A DNA stretch of 64,000 bases. It comes from an uncultured Thermoleophilia bacterium. Lineage in GTDB: Bacteria; Actinomycetota; Thermoleophilia; UBA2241. Below the pieces are notes generated by a model. The model saw nothing but the letters and a program-made list of their open reading frames with translations. It made no database searches and was not told the origin of the DNA. Positions 32,162 through 41,955 of this stretch are shown one piece after another. Where the stretch lies: positions 410,471 to 474,470 of the forward strand of contig CAWHHT010000006.1 of the NCBI GenBank assembly GCA_963829205.1, in the 5' to 3' direction. Within the stretch, counting starts at the first letter, position 1; each line of letters starts with the position of its first letter. Position numbers and translations under genes: made by a program.

Positions 32162-32487
32162 TGCGCTCGTCCCAACTTTCGTGGTTGCTCTGTTCCGCCG
32201 TTTGCACCGCGTCCACGACGAGTCGGCCTTGCGACTCGTGGGTGAGCCCCGCGCGCGTGCAGGGCCTCGACGGCGAGTGCGCCCAGCACGAAGCGGAGTC
32301 CGGCACGGGACTCTCGCCTACCCTACGCCATGAGGCTCGCAGGTTCATCCTGCGGACCCATGGACGAGGTGGAGAAGCGTGCCGCCGGAGTTCGCCCCTT
32401 GGGCCGCGCGCCCGCCGCCCGCGGGCGTTTTCGCGGGCGGCGTGGTGGGAACGACCGGTCGACGACCCATGACCGGGAGGTGCGCCC

Positions 32488-33873
32488 GTGACCGATCCCC
32501 TCTATGCCCAGCGCTACAAGCTCGTGGAGGCGCTCTCGCCGGGCAGGGCACTCGCCGTCCATCGTGCCCTGGACTCGCAAGGCCGCACCGTGCGCATCAC
32601 GGTCGTGCGGCCCTACGACCCCGAAGGCTTCGAGCGACGGATGGGCTCAGTGGCGGCGGCCCGGCACCTCGATCTGCCGGTCGTGTTCGACATCGGGCGC
32701 GACGGACTGGACTGCTTCGTGGTCACGGAGGACGTCGAGGGGGCCGATTCGCTGGCGCTTGTCGCGCACGGCGCCCTGCCGGTGAGCGTCGCCAGCATGA
32801 TCGGCGCGCAGGCTGCCGCGGGACTGGCCGCGCTGCACGCCCAGGGCGTCGTCCACGGGGGTATCGGCCCGGCGGAGGTCGTGCAGACCGGCGACGGCAC
32901 CGTCAAGCTCACCGGCGCCGGGCTGGCCGGCGGATACCCGCAGCCGGACCTGCGCCCCGGCGCGCCGGCCGCGGGCGCGCAGTACCTCAGCCCGGAGGAG
33001 GCGCAGGGCAAGCCTGCCGAGCCGGCCTCAGACGTATACCGGCTCGGCCTCGTGCTCTACCTCATGCTCACCGGCGCCCACGTCTTCGACGGCCCCGACG
33101 CGCGCACGGTGGCGCAGGAGCACGTCGACGGCGTCGTCCAGCCACCCCAGCTTCGCAACCCCGAGGTGCCGCCGGCGATCGCTCAGGTCGTCCTGCGCAC
33201 GCTCGACAAGGACCCGATGCGGCGCGGCTCCGCCGCTCAGCTGCAGGCCGACCTCTCGTCCATCCTGGGCTCTGCCCAGGTCGACGCGGCGCCGCCCCCG
33301 GAGAAGCCCAAGAACCGCGGATGGATCTGGGCGCTGGGCGTGCTCGTCGTCGTCGCCCTCGCTCTGGTCGCCGCGCTTTGGGCGGCAGGCGTCTTCAAGA
33401 GCACGCCGGCGAAGCCGGACGTCAAGGTGCCCAGCGTCGTCGGCATGTCGCAGAGCGGCGCCACCAACACCCTGCTCGTCGCCAAGCTGGACGTGGGCAA
33501 GATCACCGAGGTGACCACGACCAGTGCGCCATCCGGCTCGGTCGTCTCGCAGGATCCTGCCGCGGGCGCGAGCGTGCCCGAGGGCACCAAGGTGGCGCTC
33601 AGTGTGGTCGCGGGAGCGTCGCCGAGCCCGACCGCGAGTACGGCGCCGGTGCCCGGCGTCGTCGGGCTGTCCCAGGCGTCGGCGCAGACGCAGCTCACCG
33701 GCGCCGGGTTCGTGGTGGTCGTGAGCAGCGAGTCGAGCGCCTCGGTACCCAGCGGCGACGTGATCTCCCAGTCGCCCTCCGGCGGGGTCGTGGCCGCCGC
33801 GGGGTCCACGGTGCAGATCGTCGTGTCCACCGGGACGCCAACCGCGTCGCCGACGGCGAGCGCCACGCCTTGA
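32488..33873 (+). CDS. PASTA-domain Ser/Thr-kinase-like protein with degenerate catalytic motifs (pseudokinase)
   Basis: Kinase fold recognisable (SPEE, DVYRLGLVLY). VAIK is replaced by VRITVV, HRDxKxxN by HGGIGPAEV, and DFG by LTGAG, and there is no Gly-rich loop. One TM (WIWALGVLVVVALALVAALW), then two PASTA-like repeats. Confidence 0.7.
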   Translation: MTDPLYAQRYKLVEALSPGRALAVHRALDSQGRTVRITVVRPYDPEGFERRMGSVAAARHLDLPVVFDIGRDGLDCFVVTEDVEGADSLALVAHGALPVSVASMIGAQAAAGLAALHAQGVVHGGIGPAEVVQTGDGTVKLTGAGLAGGYPQPDLRPGAPAAGAQYLSPEEAQGKPAEPASDVYRLGLVLYLMLTGAHVFDGPDARTVAQEHVDGVVQPPQLRNPEVPPAIAQVVLRTLDKDPMRRGSAAQLQADLSSILGSAQVDAAPPPEKPKNRGWIWALGVLVVVALALVAALWAAGVFKSTPAKPDVKVPSVVGMSQSGATNTLLVAKLDVGKITEVTTTSAPSGSVVSQDPAAGASVPEGTKVALSVVAGASPSPTASTAPVPGVVGLSQASAQTQLTGAGFVVVVSSESSASVPSGDVISQSPSGGVVAAAGSTVQIVVSTGTPTASPTASATP

Positions 33874-33906
33874 GAGCACGCTGAAGGCGGGCGCCCCCGC
33901 CTGCTC

Positions 33907-33958
33907 CGTACGCAAAGAGGGCGGGTGGCCCTGCGGCCGCCCGCCCTCTCGAGCGTAC
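33907..33958. terminator. Bidirectional GC-rich hairpin between convergent genes
   Basis: GTACGC..AGAGGGCGGG-loop-CCCGCCCTCT..GCGTAC, between the kinase-like stop (33873) and the acs stop (33981). Confidence 0.55.
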
Positions 33959-33980
33959 GTCTAGTCGAGACCGCCGCTGA

Positions 33981-35933
33981 CTACTGGCGGTTCTCCTTGA
34001 GCTCGTCGACGACGGCCGGGTCGGCCAGCGTCGAAGTGTCGCCCAGGGAGTCGAACTCGCCCTCGGCGATCTTGCGCAGGATGCGGCGCATGATCTTGCC
34101 CGAACGCGTCTTGGGCAGGCCGGTCGCGAACTGCATCTTGTCCGGCGTCGCGATCGGGCCGACGACCTTGCGCACGTGGACGACGAGCTCCTTCTTGAGG
34201 TCGTCGCTCGGCTCGACGCCGTCGTTGAGCGTCACGTAGGCGTAGATGCCGGTGCCCTTGATCTGGTGCGGGAAACCGACCACGGCCGCTTCGGCCACGT
34301 ACGGGCTGGCCACGAGCGCGGCCTCCACGTCCGAGGTGCCGATGCGGTGACCGGAGACGTTGAGTACGTCGTCGATGCGGCCCTTGAGCCAGTAGTCGCC
34401 GTCGGCGTCCACAGCGGCGCCGTCACCAGTGGTGAAGACGCCCTTGAACATCGAGAAGTAGACCTCCTTGAAGCGCTTGCCCTCTTCATCGCCCCACGTG
34501 CCGCGGATCATGCCGGGCCAGGGAGCGGTGATGACCAGGTGGCCGGACTCGCCGACGGCGGCGTCTGAGCCGTCGTCCTTGAGGACCTTCGCCTGGACGC
34601 CGAAGAACGGCTTGCCGGCGGAGCCGGGCTTGAGGGTGGAGGCGCCCGGCAGCGGCGTGATCATGAGGCCGCCGGTCTCCGTCTGCCACCACGTGTCACA
34701 CAGCGGGACGCGGCCCTTGCCGACCTTCTCGTAGTACCAGAGCCAGCTGTTGGGGTCGATCGGCTCGCCCACGGAACCCATGACGCGCAGGGACGGCATG
34801 TCGTGCTTGTCGACCCACTCGTCGCCCTGGCCCATGAGGCTGCGGATGACGGTCGGGGCGGTGTAGACGGTCGTCGTCTTGTGCTTCTCGACGACCTGCC
34901 AGTAGCGGTCCGGCTCCGGGTAGGTCGGGAGACCCTCGAAGAGCACGCTGGTGGCGCCGTTGGACAGGGGGCCGTACACGATGAAGCTGTGGCCCGTGAT
35001 CCAGCCGATGTCGGCGGTGCAGAAGTGGACGTCGTCGTCGTGCAGGTTGAAGACGTACTTCGTCGTGTCGTGCGCGTACAGCAGGTAACCACCGGTGCTG
35101 TGCAGCACGCCCTTGGGGGTGCCGGTGGAACCCGAGGTGTAGAGGATGAAGAGGGGATGCTCCGCGTCGACCGGCACCGGCGGGCAGTCGGCCGTGATGT
35201 CCGGCGCGGCCATCTCGTCGTGGTACCACACGTCGCGGCCCTCGACCATCGGGACGTCGCCGTCGACGCGCTTGATGACGATGACCGTCTCGACCGTCGT
35301 CTCGCCGTCAATGGCGACGTCGGCGTTGGTCTTGCTGGGCGTGTTCTTCTTGCCGCGCCAGCCCTTGTCGGCACAGACGAGCACCTTGGCGCCGCAGTTG
35401 TCGATGCGGGCCTTGAGGGCCTCGGCGCTGAAGCCGCCGAACACCATCATGTGGATGGCGCCGATGCGCGCGCAGGCCAGCATGACGACCGGCAGCTCGG
35501 CGATCATCGGCAGGTAGAGGGCGACGCGGTCACCCTTCTTGACGCCGTGCTTCTTGAGCACGTTCGCGAACCTGCTGACCTCGTCGAGGAGCTCTTTGTA
35601 CGTCTTGGCGTGCGTGTCGCCGGGGTCGCCCTCGAAAATGATGGCAGGCTTGTCGCCCTTGCCGGCCTCAACGTGGCGGTCGAGGCAGTTGTAGCTCGCG
35701 TTGAGCTCGCCGCCCTGGAACCACTTGATGCTCGGCGTGGGCTCGAAGCTCCACTCGAGCACGGTGTCCCACGGCTTCGTCCAGACCAGCGCGTCCTTGG
35801 CGCGGTCGGCCCAGTATCCCTCAGGATCCTCGATGGAACGCTTGTACGCGGCCTCGTACTCGGCCTCGCTCTTGAAGTAGGCGTTCTTCGAGAACTCGGG
35901 CGACGGTGGGAAAAGCTTCGGTTCGTCAGCCAC
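33981..35933 (-). CDS. acs: Acetyl-CoA synthetase (AMP-forming)
   Basis: YTSGSTGTPKG, WWQTETGG, GKIMRRILRKIA (the lysine of the SGKIMRR motif). GTG 35933 is preceded by GGGAGGTGA. Confidence 0.9.
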   Translation of the reverse strand: MADEPKLFPPSPEFSKNAYFKSEAEYEAAYKRSIEDPEGYWADRAKDALVWTKPWDTVLEWSFEPTPSIKWFQGGELNASYNCLDRHVEAGKGDKPAIIFEGDPGDTHAKTYKELLDEVSRFANVLKKHGVKKGDRVALYLPMIAELPVVMLACARIGAIHMMVFGGFSAEALKARIDNCGAKVLVCADKGWRGKKNTPSKTNADVAIDGETTVETVIVIKRVDGDVPMVEGRDVWYHDEMAAPDITADCPPVPVDAEHPLFILYTSGSTGTPKGVLHSTGGYLLYAHDTTKYVFNLHDDDVHFCTADIGWITGHSFIVYGPLSNGATSVLFEGLPTYPEPDRYWQVVEKHKTTTVYTAPTVIRSLMGQGDEWVDKHDMPSLRVMGSVGEPIDPNSWLWYYEKVGKGRVPLCDTWWQTETGGLMITPLPGASTLKPGSAGKPFFGVQAKVLKDDGSDAAVGESGHLVITAPWPGMIRGTWGDEEGKRFKEVYFSMFKGVFTTGDGAAVDADGDYWLKGRIDDVLNVSGHRIGTSDVEAALVASPYVAEAAVVGFPHQIKGTGIYAYVTLNDGVEPSDDLKKELVVHVRKVVGPIATPDKMQFATGLPKTRSGKIMRRILRKIAEGEFDSLGDTSTLADPAVVDELKENRQ

Positions 35934-36277
35934 CCTGTTCACCTCCCATGGACCTTTCACCGGTCCCCTTGTTGGATGGGCTTCCCATGCAGATGCCCGG
36001 GTAGTGCGGCATGGGGGGCTCGTCCGCGGCCGGCGGTCTACCAGGAACTCCGCGCGGCTGGACCCGCCAGCGAAGTGCCCACAGTCGTCGCTCCAGTGCG
36101 CCCTATGGTCCTGGACCACGCGGGCTGGACGACGGCAACGTGCACCTCGCTCCTTGGGCTAGGCCAATCGCTGACACTAGAGAGGTAGGTGGCGAAATGC
36201 AAGCTCGCCGGCGCAGGTTCATCGGGTTGGATGAACGAGGCGCACCAAGGGTGGCAGAAGCGGCGTGTCGGGGAGGG

Positions 36278-36353
36278 ATGGTGGGCGATGTTGGGTTTGA
36301 ACCAACGACCTCCCGCGTGTGAGGCGGGCGCTCTCCCACTGAGCTAATCGCCC
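36278..36353 (-). tRNA. tRNA-Val (anticodon CAC)
   Basis: Reverse complement is GGGCGATTAGCTCAGTGGGAGAGCGCCCGCCTCACACGCGGGAGGTCGTTGGTTCAAACCCAACATCGCCCACCA: cloverleaf, CAC in the anticodon loop, encoded CCA. Confidence 0.9.
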
Positions 36354-36438
36354 ACGGGCGCGAGGTGGGCGCGCCGACCGCACGCCCCCGCGGGAGGCAG
36401 AGGATACCACAGGGGCCCGAGCGGGGAAAACGTAGGGC

Positions 36439-36852
36439 ATGGACGTGCTGGAGCTCATCCGTAGGGGCTACAAGGCGCTCGGGCTTGGCGCAGACGACGA
36501 CGTGCTCGCCATGTTCGACCAGCTCGGCGGCGAGCCGGAGAGTTGGGTCGTCCACAACTTGAGTGTGTTCGGCGGCGAACACCCCGCGAGCGAGGTCGCC
36601 GCCCTCAGCCTGTTCGGAGGTCTCCCGCCGCACTTCGAGCTCGCCGGCGTGACCGTGAGGGGCTGGTCGCTCAACCGGCGCCAGACTCGGCTGATGGTGA
36701 CCGGCCACTTCCGCGTGCGCGTCCGCGGCACGTGGGAGGGCATGGAGCTGCCCTTCTCGCACGTGTGGTCGTTCGTCAACGGCCGCGTGACGTCGGTGCT
36801 CAGCGTGCTGGATGGTGTGGAGTTGCGGCGCGCAGCCCGGCGCGCCGCCTGA
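36439..36852 (+). CDS. SnoaL/NTF2-like small protein
   Basis: 137-aa ORF with protein-like composition. The assignment comes from general resemblance only. Confidence 0.4.
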   Translation: MDVLELIRRGYKALGLGADDDVLAMFDQLGGEPESWVVHNLSVFGGEHPASEVAALSLFGGLPPHFELAGVTVRGWSLNRRQTRLMVTGHFRVRVRGTWEGMELPFSHVWSFVNGRVTSVLSVLDGVELRRAARRAA

Positions 36853-36860
36853 GCCAGGCG

Positions 36861-37109
36861 CTAGAACAGGCCGCGCTCCTGCGCCAGGCCGCCGTCCTTC
36901 CAGTTCCACCACTTCGTGAGCTCGCCCTCCGGCTCCGGATCACCCGCGTAGTGGACGGCGCAGCGGAACACGTAGAGCACACAGCGGTCGACGTGTGCCC
37001 CGCTGATGGTCGTGAGCTCATCGTACAGGCGCGCCGGGTCGCGGCCCCGCAGATCGTCGACCCGGCGCACGCCCAGGCGACGCAGATCGCGCGCGGTGGA
37101 CGGTCCCAC
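36861..37109 (-). CDS. Helix-hairpin-helix domain protein (Cdd1/pathogenicity-locus-like); start unclear
   Basis: GVGPSTARDLRRLGV HhH motif. The upstream in-frame LESIPG has no start codon before a TGA. Confidence 0.5.
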   Translation of the reverse strand: MGPSTARDLRRLGVRRVDDLRGRDPARLYDELTTISGAHVDRCVLYVFRCAVHYAGDPEPEGELTKWWNWKDGGLAQERGLF

Positions 37110-37228
37110 GCCGGGGATGGACTCGAGCCGGCCCCCGTCCTCGGTGGATATTCACAGTCGGACCTCCTTGCCGTTCGCAGCCAAGCTACCCGGCCGCGCG
37201 GCAGCGGACACCATGAGGGGGGGCAGGT

Positions 37229-37957
37229 CTACACGACGTGGCGCGGACCGCGCGACGCCAGCCGGGCGCGGCGCGCGCGCCAATCCGGCATGACCGCCTC
37301 CACGCGGCGCCAGAACGCGCGCCCGTGATTGGGCTCATGCAGGTGTGCCAGCTCGTGCACGATGACGTAGTCGATGAGGTCGGGCTTGAGGAGCACGAGC
37401 TCCCAATGGAAGCTCACCGTGCGCGTGCGCGGATCGCACACGCCCCAACGCCGCTTCCCGAGGTCGCGAACGACGATCGCCTCCGGGGACGCGCCGACGA
37501 GCGGGGCGTACCGGCGAGCGCCCGCCTCGATCACGGCTCGTGCACGGGATGTGTACCAGGCGACGGCCACGGCGCGCGCCTCGACTGCATGACCACGGCG
37601 AAGCTCAAAGCGGCCACGGCGCAAGGCGAACGGCGCGCCGTCTCCGCCCGGGCTGTCGAAGACCGCAAGCGCGTAGGTGCGCCCGAGGTAGGGCAGGCGC
37701 TCGCCGTCGACGAAGCGCTTGGGCGCGGGAGGCGGCCCGAGGGCCTCGAACTCGGCGACCTTGCGACGCACCCAGGGCAGCTTCGCGCGCACCACGTCCT
37801 CGAGCTTGCGCGCAGGTACGCCCGCCGGGGCGAGGACGCGGAGGGTGCCGTCGGGGCCGACGGTCAGGCCGATCGTCCGCCGCCGCCTGCTCCAGCGCAC
37901 GGCGAACGTGAGGCCATCTACCGTCAGAGCCTCGATGGGTGCGGGGCGCAGTCTCAC
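37229..37957 (-). CDS. YgjP-like M48/DUF45 metal-dependent hydrolase
   Basis: HELAHLHEPNHGRAFW zinc motif near the C-terminus, 242 aa. Confidence 0.75.
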   Translation of the reverse strand: MRLRPAPIEALTVDGLTFAVRWSRRRRTIGLTVGPDGTLRVLAPAGVPARKLEDVVRAKLPWVRRKVAEFEALGPPPAPKRFVDGERLPYLGRTYALAVFDSPGGDGAPFALRRGRFELRRGHAVEARAVAVAWYTSRARAVIEAGARRYAPLVGASPEAIVVRDLGKRRWGVCDPRTRTVSFHWELVLLKPDLIDYVIVHELAHLHEPNHGRAFWRRVEAVMPDWRARRARLASRGPRHVV

Positions 37958-38077
37958 TCCGGCATCCTAGCTCATCGAGGGTGTCGCGGCGGGGGAGACT
38001 CCGAGCACCGGAGCGATGAGCCCGCCGGTTCGAAAGCCGGCCGGTCCCGGAACCCGCGATCCGGGCCCCGGACGCAC

Positions 38078-38105
38078 GAAGGGCGGCCCCGAGGGGCCGC
38101 CCTTC
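38078..38105 (-). terminator. Hairpin downstream of cspA
   Basis: GAAGGGCGGCCCC ga GGGGCCGCCCTTC, a 13-bp perfect stem 27 nt after the cspA stop. No U-tract. Confidence 0.6.
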
Positions 38106-38131
38106 GTGAGCACGTACAGAGAGAAGCGGCG

Positions 38132-38335
38132 TCAGGCCTTGCGGACGTTGCTCGCTTGCATCTTGCCGTTCTGGCCCTGAGTGACATCGAACGTGACCTT
38201 CTGGCCCTCATCCAGGGTCTTGAAGCCCTCCTCCTGGATCTCGCGGAAGTGGACGAAGAGATCGTCACCATCCTCACGAGAAATGAAGCCGTAGCCCTTG
38301 GCCGCGTTGAACCACTTGACGGTGCCTTCTGCCAT
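38132..38335 (-). CDS. cspA: Cold-shock protein
   Basis: [15 protein letters not shown] and DLFVHF RNP motifs. ATG 38335 with AAGGA 8 nt upstream, followed by a long AT-richer 5' leader. Confidence 0.9.
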   Translation of the reverse strand: MAEGTVKWFNAAKGYGFISREDGDDLFVHFREIQEEGFKTLDEGQKVTFDVTQGQNGKMQASNVRKA

Positions 38336-38522
38336 TTGACGCATCCTTTTCCGCTCCCGTCAGGGAGCTTTAACGAAGCAACGTGACCGCTCTTTCGCCG
38401 CTGACAATGCCGGCGGTGAAGCAAGTGGTCACGCCGCCAACTCTCGAGCCACAATCTGACTCGTGGGGCTAGTGTAGTGCAAAACGCAAGAAAAGTAACG
38501 TGCAATCTCGATTGCGAACCCG

Positions 38523-40294
38523 TCAGACGGAGAGCTCGGGGAGGATCTCGGCGGCGGTGAGCGCGCGCAGCGCCTCCTCCGCCGCCTCATCGACGCCAAG
38601 CTCCGGCGGCAGGTCGAGGTCGGCTCCGAGGTCGCCGCCGTCACCGCGCCCGACCACGAAGACCTCATGGGGCGCGGCGAGCAGGCGCAGCCGCTCGAGG
38701 TCGAAGCGGTCCATGTCGCCGAGGGCCGCCACGAGCACGATCCCGGCGTCGGTCATCGCCCAGGCGATCTCGCCGATGCGCGCCAGGTGAGCCTCGCGGC
38801 CGAGCACGTCCTTCTCGCCGCCGAGGTCGGTGGCGCCGAGGCAGTACGAGTGCACTCCGCCGTCGAAGATGCGGCGCTCGAGGGCGGCGGCGACGGCGTG
38901 CGCGTCCTCGCCGGACTCGCCCACGAGCACGACCGCCTTGCCGCCGTGCCCGTAGCGCGCGGCGCGCTGCGCATCGGTGACGCTGCCGGCGCCGAAGCGG
39001 CGCTCTGCGGCTGCGTCCCCCGCCGCCTCGGGCAGGGCCTCCAGGACGATGCCGCAGCCGGCCGTGTCGAACCCGGCGACGACCACGAAGCGGGACGTCG
39101 GCTCGAGCACCTCCGCCGGGTCGAACGCCACGGGGCGGGTGGTACGGAAGACGACCTCGGCGACGTCGTGCCGCTCGACCTGGGCGGCGCCGGTGACGGA
39201 CTGCAGCTCCTGCGAGTCGAGCACGCTGAGCACCGACTCAAGCTCGACCGGCACGCGCGCGGCGCCGAGCCGGAGGACATAGCGGCGGCCGCGGATCAGC
39301 GGCGCGGTGGCCATCCAGAAGATGTTCGCGCGCAGCCGCGTGGCCATCAGCGGAGCGGGCTCGTCGGCGCGCACCATCAGCTCGCCCGGCTTGGCGTAGA
39401 CCTGTGTCTCGAGCGTCAGGCCGGTCGCTTGTCCTGCGTACGCCTCCTCCGGCCGGGGGCCGGAGAGTGCTTCGATCGTCTGCACCGTCGAGCGTTTGCC
39501 TGACGGCAGGAAGACGACGTCGTCGCCGGGCCGCACGCGGCCGGTCTCGACCGTGCCGACGAAGATGCGCCGGTCGTCGCCGGCCGCGGTGAACTTGTAG
39601 ACGTCCTGCAGGGGCATGCGGAAGGGCCGCTCGAGGTCGTCGTCGAGACTCTTGAAGTCCTCGACCTGCTCGAGCACGGTGGGACCGTCGTACCAGGGAG
39701 CCTGGGCGGCGCGCGCGACGATGTTGTCGCCGTCGCGGGCGCTGATCGGGATGAAGCTCGTGGGGTGCACGCCGAGGCGCGCGAGGAAGTCGGCGTACTC
39801 GCGCGTGACCGCGTCGAAGGCCTCCTGGTCCCAGCCCAGCAGGTCCATCTTGTTGACCAGCACCGCGATCTGGCGGATGCCGAGCATCGAGAGGATGTAG
39901 CCGTGCCGCTTGGAGTTCTCGCGCACGCCCTCGTGGGCGTCGATGACCAGCAGGGCGGCCTGGGCGCGCGAAGCGCCGGTGATCATGTTCTTGAGGAACT
40001 CCACGTGGCCGGGCGCGTCGTGGATGATGTAGTGGCGCTGGGCCGTGTTGAAGAAGCAGCGCGCCGTGTCGATGGTGATGCCCTGGGCCTGCTCGTTCTT
40101 GAGCGCGTCGAGCAGGAAGGCGTACTCGAAGGGCGCGCGTTGACGGCGCACATCGCCTTGACCTGCTCGAGCTTGCCCTCGGGCAGCGAACCGGTGTCGG
40201 CCATGAGCCGCCCGATGACCGTGCTCTTGCCGTGGTCGACGTGGCCGACCGCGACGATGTCCATGCGCTCGAGGTCGGGAGAGACGTAGCTCAC
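38523..40294 (-). pseudogene. cysN: Sulfate adenylyltransferase subunit 1 (CysN) with a C-terminal APS-kinase-like domain lacking a P-loop; frame change near 40145
   Basis: GTG 40294 in a GTGA overlap with cys[10 protein letters not shown] is in one frame, and [30 protein letters not shown] in another. In the tail, GESGEDAHA replaces GxxGxGKS. Confidence 0.8.
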
Positions 40295-41172
40295 ATGTAC
40301 CCCCCGCGGCGCAGCGACTCCAGGCCGCCGCCGTCGTCCTTGTCCTGGGCGCGGCCGCTGCGCTCCGCGATGTTGCTGAACTTGCCGGTGCGCAGCTCCT
40401 CGATGATCTCCCCGACGTTGGTGGCCGTGGACTGCACCGGCGTCGTGCAGGGCTAGCAGCCGAGGGAGCGGCAGCGCGTGCCGGTGCCGTCGTCGAAGTA
40501 GAGCGACGTCACCGGGATGTCCTCGCGCTCGATGTACTCCCAGACGTTGAGCTCGGTCCAGTCGAGCAGCGGGTGGACGCGCACATGCGTGCCCGGCTCG
40601 AAATCGGTCTTGAAGTAGCGCCACAGCTCGGGCGGCTGGTCGTCGACGTTCCAGTCGTTCTCCACGTCGCGCGGCGAGAAGTAGCGCTCCTTGGAGCGCG
40701 AGCCCTCTTCGTCCGCGCGCACGCCGACGATGACGCCGGTGTACGGCGAGAGGTCCTGGTCCTCGACGAGCTCGCCCAGCGTGTGGTCCATGCGCAGCCG
40801 CGGCCACTCGCCCGAGAGCGTGTGCTTGAGGGCCATCGTCTTGAGGTTGCGGCAGCAGGTGATGCGGTCGCAGTTCCCGTCGGGGAAGGTCTGCTTGTTC
40901 TTGAGCGCCTCACGGTTCTGCCCGACGACGAGGTTGAGGTGCCACTCGAGCGCCAGGCGGTCGCGGTACTCGATCATCTCCGGCATCTTGTAGGCGGTGT
41001 CGATGTGCACGAGCGGGATCGGCACGTGGCCGAAGAAGGCCTTGCGCGCGAGGTGCAGGAGCACGGTGCTGTCCTTGCCGATCGACCAGAGCATGCAGAC
41101 GTTGCCCAGCGAGCGGTAGGCCTCGCGCAGGATGTGGACGCTCTTGGCCTCGAGGGTCTCGAGCTGGTTCAC
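40291..41172 (-). pseudogene. cysD: Sulfate adenylyltransferase subunit 2 (CysD) with an in-frame TAG at 40453-40455
   Basis: [25 protein letters not shown], ...RCRSLGC-TAG-PCTTPV...[27 protein letters not shown]. Sequence after the TAG continues in the same frame as conserved CysD C-terminus. Confidence 0.8.
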
Positions 41173-41913
41173 GAGGCCGCTCCGCCGCCGGCCGGCCGCG
41201 CGCCGCTCCGCTGGTGCAGGCCGCACTCGCGGTGCTCGGCGCTCTCCCACCACCAGCGCCCGGAACGGGCATCCTCGCCGGGCGCGACCGCTCGCGTGCA
41301 CGGGGCGCAGCCGATGCTCGGGAAGCCGGCGTCGTGCAGAGGGTTGTAGGGCACGTCGTGGGCGCGGACGTAGTCCAGTACGCCCGCCTCGTCCCACGCC
41401 GCCAGCGGGTTGATCTTGACGATGCCGGCGGCGTCGTCCCACTCGGCCACCTCGACCTTCTGGCGCGTCGCGCCCTGGCCGCTGCGCAGGCCGCAGATCC
41501 AGGCGTCGAGCTCGGCCTGCGCGCGCCGCAGCGGCCTCACCTTGCGGATCTCGCAGCAGCGCTTGCGCGCCTCGATGCTGTCGCGGAAGAGATTGACGCC
41601 GTCGCCGTCGACCATCTCCTCCACCTCGCCGGCGGCCGGGAAGTACACGTGGATGGTCACGCCGTAGCGTTCCTTGGTGCGCGCGATCAGGTCGTAGGTC
41701 TCGGGGAAGAGGCGGCCGGTATCGAGCGTGAAGACGTCGATGTCGAGACCGGCCTCGGCGATCATCGCCGTCGAGGACCTGGTCCTCGAGGCCCAGGGAA
41801 GAAGCGAACGCGACGCGGCCGGGGAAGCGCCGGGCGGCGTCGGCGAGCACCTCTTCGGCCGAGGCGCCTGCCAGCTCGGCCAGGATCTCGGCCACGGTCT
41901 CCGGATGCGTCAT
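41169..41913 (-). pseudogene. cysH: APS/PAPS reductase, Fe-S (CC...CxxC) type; frame change near 41767
   Basis: AGGAGAG RBS before ATG 41913. [10 protein letters not shown] then break then [47 protein letters not shown]. Confidence 0.8.
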
Positions 41914-41955
41914 GCGGTCTCTCCTGGTGTCGGGCGGGGCGGAGTGCGGACTACG

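Noticed and set aside
35934-36277. Riboswitch or leader upstream of acs, and the 712-aa extended acs ORF
   Set aside because: The N-terminal extension is non-protein-like, and a strong RBS precedes GTG 35933. No known riboswitch consensus was recognised in the 345-nt spacer.
40453-40455. TAG in cysD as recoding (pyrrolysine or a suppressed stop)
   Set aside because: No pyl genes or other in-frame TAGs were seen. TAG is one substitution from Tyr or Trp codons, and both neighbouring cys genes carry frameshifts, so a nonsense lesion is more likely.
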